The notes beneath the pieces were generated by a model, which did no database searches, was not told where the DNA came from, and worked only from the letters and a program-made list of their open reading frames with translations. The translations under genes were made by a program, and so were the position numbers. From the human T2T-CHM13v2.0 reference genome, Homo sapiens, in assembly GCA_009914755.4 (NCBI GenBank), contig CP068257.2:25184001-25248000 (forward strand): DNA of 64,000 bases, given 5' to 3'. This document shows positions 58,811 to 64,000 of this stretch, in pieces. Every line of letters begins with the position of its first letter. Positions within the stretch are counted from its first letter, which is position 1.

Positions 58811-60550
58811 TACTCAGACTTAGGTATTTTTGTTATAGTAGCCTAAAGAGACGAAGAGAATAAGACAGTTGCTAGCTTCCACCTTTCAAAGCTCTTCTGG
58901 ACATTCAAGACTATTTGGCTTTATCACATCAGGTGCATTCTAGACCATCTTTATTGGTCAGCTTAGCTCACATCCATGAGCGGCAGGCTTTTATCTGTGC
59001 TAAGGAGGGAATCTCCTAGTATGCCTGGGCTCTTGGCCTTCACATTCTAAGATCATGCTCCTATTCATGCTGCTTTCCATCTGGTCTGACAGCAGGTGAC
59101 ATAAGTGGGTCTGCTAGGACAGGCAGGTACTGTCCTCAATTTTTCTCTACAGGTAGTAATGCTCCAATGTGTAAAACGGCAGTTCTAGACTTAAGAACTT
59201 CACTTTCTACATAAGCTTAGCTGAGATAATTAATACAAATTTACAGTGATGGCAATAGTAGTGTTAAGTATTCTGTTCACTCCTATACATTTTATGGCCC
59301 ACTTGCAAGGTGAGACTATGTGAGCTGAAAGGAATTTTGTCTTCTGATTAGAGGCAATAAAAATTCCTTGCACATTTCTCTAGTTTTTCTCTTCCCTTGC
59401 CATTGCAACTGAGCATAATGTAGCACCAAATATGAGAGCCTTTGTTTACTGAATACCTGAGTGACGGCACAGTAGAGCTACCTGATGGCTCATATGGGAC
59501 ATTTAGTGTAAGAAAAAAACTTCTGTGAGGTCATTGAAATTCCTGGATTTTTTGTTAGTACAGCACAAATTAACCTATCTTGACTAGTGTAGTTACACAG
59601 AGCTTTTGTATGCAACAAGTGTGTGTTTCACTGGAGGCACTATTAGGAGAAATTGTGCAAATCCTCACAAACATGAGACTGGAACAAGCTTTTAGAAGAC
59701 AGTTAAGATTATAGGATAAGTTGAGAAAGCCATGAAGACATATTGAGCTGGGAACTCTAGCAAAGGAGTGGGAAGAGAAATGCGTATGGTACAGTAAAGC
59801 TGGCTTGAAGAGGACAAGGTGTTTAAGTCATAGAGTTATATAGGATGAACTTTCATGGATGTGGAGAATCCAGAGTGAGGAAACAGCTTGAGAGTTCACA
59901 TGATGTTTTTAAGGAAGATGAGGAGCAAAAGGGGCCAGATGGAAGCAGTAGGCAAAAGCTCAGGAAGATGATGTTGGCGGTGTTGCTCACAATACCTAGA
60001 CAAGATGATATTTCACCTAATTAGTTAGTATCAGAGAAAGGTTGGCATGTGCTGGATAATTTGTAACTATAATAATAGATTTATTGGAGCATTCAGTTAT
60101 AAATCATGAGTGAGAGGAAGAGATAGGAAACAAAAAACACTAAAAAAAAAAAAGGAGTTAATGAAGAATGGCCATGCCTCTACAGAAATAGAAGGTGAAA
60201 GAGAACTAATTAGAGTGAAGATAACTGATTTACGATTGAATACATTTTGTTTACAATAAAGGCAAGCTCTCTGGACAGTTGTATGTAAGGAAATAAAACA
60301 ATTAGAAGTAAGAACAGGAGTTACATATTTGGGATTAATGCTAGGTGATGATAATTTGCCTTTAGATTATAATCATATATATAGAGAGAATTATCTATCT
60401 GTACAAAGATGTGCAAAGTGCTGATGAGTGTGACTTGTTCATGGTAGAAAAAGGAAGACAAGTTCTTGAAGAACTGCATCAAGTATCTTTTGTAAACAGC
60501 ATGTTGAGCTCATTACCATATACATGGTGCCTTTTTTGTTGTTACTAATG

Positions 60551-60920
60551 TGATATGGTTAAGCTTTGTGTCCCCACCCAAATCTCATCTTGAACTGTAA
60601 TCCCCAGGTATTAAGGTAGGAATCTGGGAGAGGCGATTGGATCATGGGGGCACTTTCCCCCATGTTGTTCTCATGATAGTGACAGAGTTCTCGTGAGATA
60701 TGATGGTTTTATAAGCTTCTGGCATTTCCCCTGCTTGCTCTTCTGTCTCCTGCTGCCACGTGAAGAAGGTGCTTGCTTCCCCTTCACCCTCCACCATGAT
60801 TGGAAGTTTCCTGAGACCTCCCTAGCCATGCAGAACTCTGAGTCAATTAAATCTCCTTTATTTATAAATTACCCAGTCTGGAGTAGTATCTTTATAGCAG
60901 TGTGAAAACGGACTAATACA
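60551..60920 (+). repeat. MaLR solo LTR of THE1/MST type.
   Basis: tgatatggttaagctttgtgtccccacccaaatctcatcttgaactgtaatccccaggtattaaggtaggaatctgggagaggcgattggatcatgggggcac...ttataaattacccagtctggagtagtatctttatagcagtgtgaaaacggactaataca. Confidence 0.75.
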
Positions 60921-63900
60921 AAGTGCCTATGAAACCATGTTTATGTTTTTACAACTTTTATTCCATTTGACTCCATCCTAGGAGAATATCTGCAGCAATA
61001 GTCCACTCATTCTCTGGTTTCTTGTACAACTTTCTATTATTTTTGTCTGAATTTATTTATTCAGGGAAGATCGTCAAAAAAAGGTTGCATATTTCTTCTT
61101 GGGCTGCAATGGACAATCTTAGCTCATTCTTACATGTTATAAAACCAATTATCTCAGGCTGGATCATGCATCAATATAGTCAGTGTTATCCCACAACATG
61201 AAGAGCTTTATGAACATCTATAGTTTTTTTTGAAATGTCCATGAGAGTTTACCGCTCACTCGAGTCAACAGAAGCTTTACATGAATCTGTAAAGTTTGTT
61301 TCCTCTATTGTAATACATTTTTTATGATCTAGAGTTGGCATTTTTAGAGAGTCCTGAAACTCTCTAGGTATTAAGATGTTTCTCGTGCTTACAAGGAGAA
61401 TGCCTTAAAATGTGTTCTCTGATCTTTTCTATTATTTGGGTCTATAGAAAAGATACTGTATACGTTGCTTCTGAACATATTTTATATGTGTTCAGTTAGT
61501 CAATAAACATGTATTGGATGATTTCATGTGCTAGGTGTCCTACTAAGTGTGGAGAATACAAAGATGAAGCAAGCACAGTTTCCAAAATCAAAGAACAGCA
61601 CCTGCCTTCTAGAAAGAAAGGCAAACAAAGGAAGAGAAAATTAGAGTATAGAGTGATAAATATTGTGTTAGAGGTAGGCACAGAGGGACTAGCACAGCAA
61701 TACAAAGAGGAAGCAGATTTCTTAGGCCTGGAGGTGGGAAATTCAGAGCTTGTCAGGTGAAATGAGGGCAGTGAGCAGGAAGGGCATTCCAGCCAGAGAA
61801 GCAGCCAGTGCTCAGGCCAGATGAGAGAGCTGTAAGTAGCTCAATATGCTTGTAGCACAGAGTGGTGAGAGATGAAGCCGGAGAGATAAGCAAGTGCCAA
61901 ATCATGATAGACCTTGCTTCTTCAATTGTTTGTTTAGTTACAGCTCACTTTGTTCCAGAAGAGTTTTTACGTGCATTGAAGGGCCGTGAATACCACACTA
62001 AGACATTTGGAGCCCTTCCTAAAATGTTGGCAAGCCTCAGGAAGAAAGCAACATGATCAGATTTGCATTTTAGAAGGATAATTCTATCTTCTTAGAGGAG
62101 AATGAATTGTAAGGAACAAAGACAGAAGCAGAGAGGCCATTTAGGAAATTGCTGCAGTCCTTCAGATGAGAAATGCACCACGAGGGGCTAAATTAAAGTA
62201 GTAGCTTTGGGAATGGAGAGAAACAAGAGATATAGAATAAGCACAATGAACATGGCTTGCTAATAAATATTTTCTCAATGAATGAGTTGTGACTAATTAG
62301 ATGTATGGGGTGAGAACAAGAGGTAATTAAAAAATGAATTTCAGGTTTAGACTTGGGAAACCAGGTGGGTGACAAGAGAACTCATTGCTTGGATACTGAA
62401 TGCATTCCTTCTGAGTTCTTTTTACACCTGGGAACTGTAATTGTTGTGTGTGGGTTAATCTTAACTGTGTGGTAAATGCCCTAAGCATAAGTACTGTCTT
62501 CCTTTTCTCGTATTATTTTTCTAGCACTGAGAACTTTAGAGTTACGTTCATTGAACTAACTATAATTCAATGAACCTGGCCCAGGTCGTTATCTATTTAA
62601 GAATGAGTGACAGGTCTTAACTCTTAATTCACTAGTATTCTTTGGTTGTGTGCAAAAGAAACTGACCCTGACTAACATGAACCAAAGAAAACTGTGGTGA
62701 GTTATTGAGGATTCTCAGACTTGATATATAGTCTGGAGAAGTAGGCTTGGAAATAGGCAAGCAGAAAAGTACATGCAGCAAACTGATCAAGAACCACAGA
62801 AAGTCTCCTGTAACATGAAGGATCCAGTCAGGAAGCCACTGTGGAAAAGGAGAAACCACAACTTTCAATCTCTTTGTCCCTCTGCTCAAGAATCAAATTC
62901 CAGAGAGCTCTGAATTATTGCCTATCTTGAGGAACATTTTCACTGCCTAGCCTACAAGAGGTTTGGGCCCATAATTATAGTCCTGACAGAAGGGAAGGAG
63001 GTAATTCCTCAAATATTTAGAAATCATGGTGTACTTAGGAAGAGAAAAAGGATGCTAGCCAGCCAAATAATTACAAATGTCTACTTCCAGCTGATTTTAG
63101 CTTTTATTATTTTCTGTTTAGAAAGATTCTTAAAAACAAAATTGAAGCCTTATGAAGTATGGGCATGCGATTTATTTTCTGGCTAAAAAACTTGGAACTC
63201 TTTCAACTAAGCTACATTTTCGACAAAAAATTCTATTCTGTAGCTTCTAGGAAGTAAAATGAATATGTTTTTAAAGAGTAGGACATAGGCTCTGAACTAA
63301 TGAGATACAATCAAAAACTTTATACTTGGAAATAAATATTATTTAGTTCTGAAGGAAAAAATTGAATAGGTGGGATGAGGGGAAGAAAATATATGAGTAA
63401 AAGGAGGAACACACACGGAAGAAAAATCCAGCATTATTTGGATAAGCTTCTGAGCAAAATTCAAACCAAATCTAACTCTTGAACATCCGGAGGGAACACT
63501 CGCCACTAATTACAGGACTAAGATATACAAGAAGCCACTTCAGGACCGTGGGGCCAAATCAGCCATCCGATTGTAGTTTTTAAGATGTGGCTGTGGTTGT
63601 TTGTTTGGTGGTAGGAGAAAGTTTAGATTTGCTTTCACTGGCTTTGGTGGATGTTGATATTTCTTTCATCTCTAATCTCATTCCAGAGCTAGGGAGATAC
63701 CTGTGCCAACTCTGGCTTTGTTTGCTCTGCCAGACAATCCTGATGCTGCAAAGTCAAATCATCGTGAAGGAAGTTTGTGCAAATGTGGGAAACAGGACTA
63801 TAATCCTGCTTGAAGTTTGCTTAGATTCCTGGGAAGTCTCCCTATTCCAACCCTTTTTGAGAAAGTAAGTAAAAGAACTGCTTTTATGATTGATTGTAAA

Positions 63901-64000
63901 AACTATGGAAGGGTTTAAGTTGGTCTCTATTTGAAACCACAATTTTGGTGATATTTCTATTTTCTTTCATTTCTATTTTTTTCCTAGATAACAATCTCTC

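Overview
This window is human-type genomic DNA. It is dense in Alu elements, MaLR LTRs, MIR elements and an L1 fragment, and has CpG-island architecture. No prokaryotic systems (operons, CRISPR, defence islands) are present.

The one protein-coding gene is the complete ADAMTS1 gene on the minus strand. It has 9 coding exons, 2904 nt of CDS, and encodes 967 aa plus a stop. I identified it by translating the minus strand and recognising the ADAMTS1 signal peptide/prodomain, the reprolysin HExxH motif ([13 protein letters not shown]), the disintegrin-like region, the central thrombospondin type-1 repeat ([14 protein letters not shown]), the spacer, and the two C-terminal thrombospondin repeats ending ...FCTMAECS.

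All eight introns have GT-AG boundaries at the coordinates listed, and the exon phases sum to the exact protein length. A TATA box (TATAAAAG, minus strand, about 19525-19533) sits about 450 nt upstream of the ATG inside a large CpG island of about 3.7 kb. An AATAAA followed by CA and a GU-rich tract near 10391 predicts a 3'UTR of about 1.3 kb.

The intergenic DNA upstream of the promoter (20-64 kb) carries a deleted HERV-W-like (syncytin-related, class I/gamma-like) provirus in plus orientation at about 28857-36425. It has both LTRs of about 740 bp and a 4-bp target-site duplication ATAC. Its primer-binding site is perfectly complementary to the tRNA-Arg(CCG) 3' end, and a polypurine tract precedes the 3' LTR. 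gag is interrupted by stop codons but keeps the gamma-retroviral in-frame gag-stop-pro arrangement. The RT keeps YVDD. An internal deletion fuses RNase H (YTDGSS) directly to the env TM immunosuppressive domain (LQNRRALELL...CCYYVNQ).

Other structure that simple annotation does not explain:
- a roughly 2.1-copy tandem duplication of a unit of about 195 bp in the provirus leader;
- a complex GA-rich minisatellite inside the provirus;
- a local rearrangement at 55.36-57.11 kb in which a block of about 330 bp is directly duplicated while the adjacent block of about 250 bp is inverted in the second copy;
- a block of about 165 bp duplicated 1.7 kb apart and associated with (GATA)n tracts;
- an antisense Alu lying only about 40 bp from the ADAMTS1 exon-4 acceptor;
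- a young AluY with a perfect 15-bp target-site duplication upstream of the promoter.

Coordinates of ADAMTS1 exon 1 are anchored to the ORF track. My hand count differs by 1 nt at one point, so treat exon-1 ends as +/-1.
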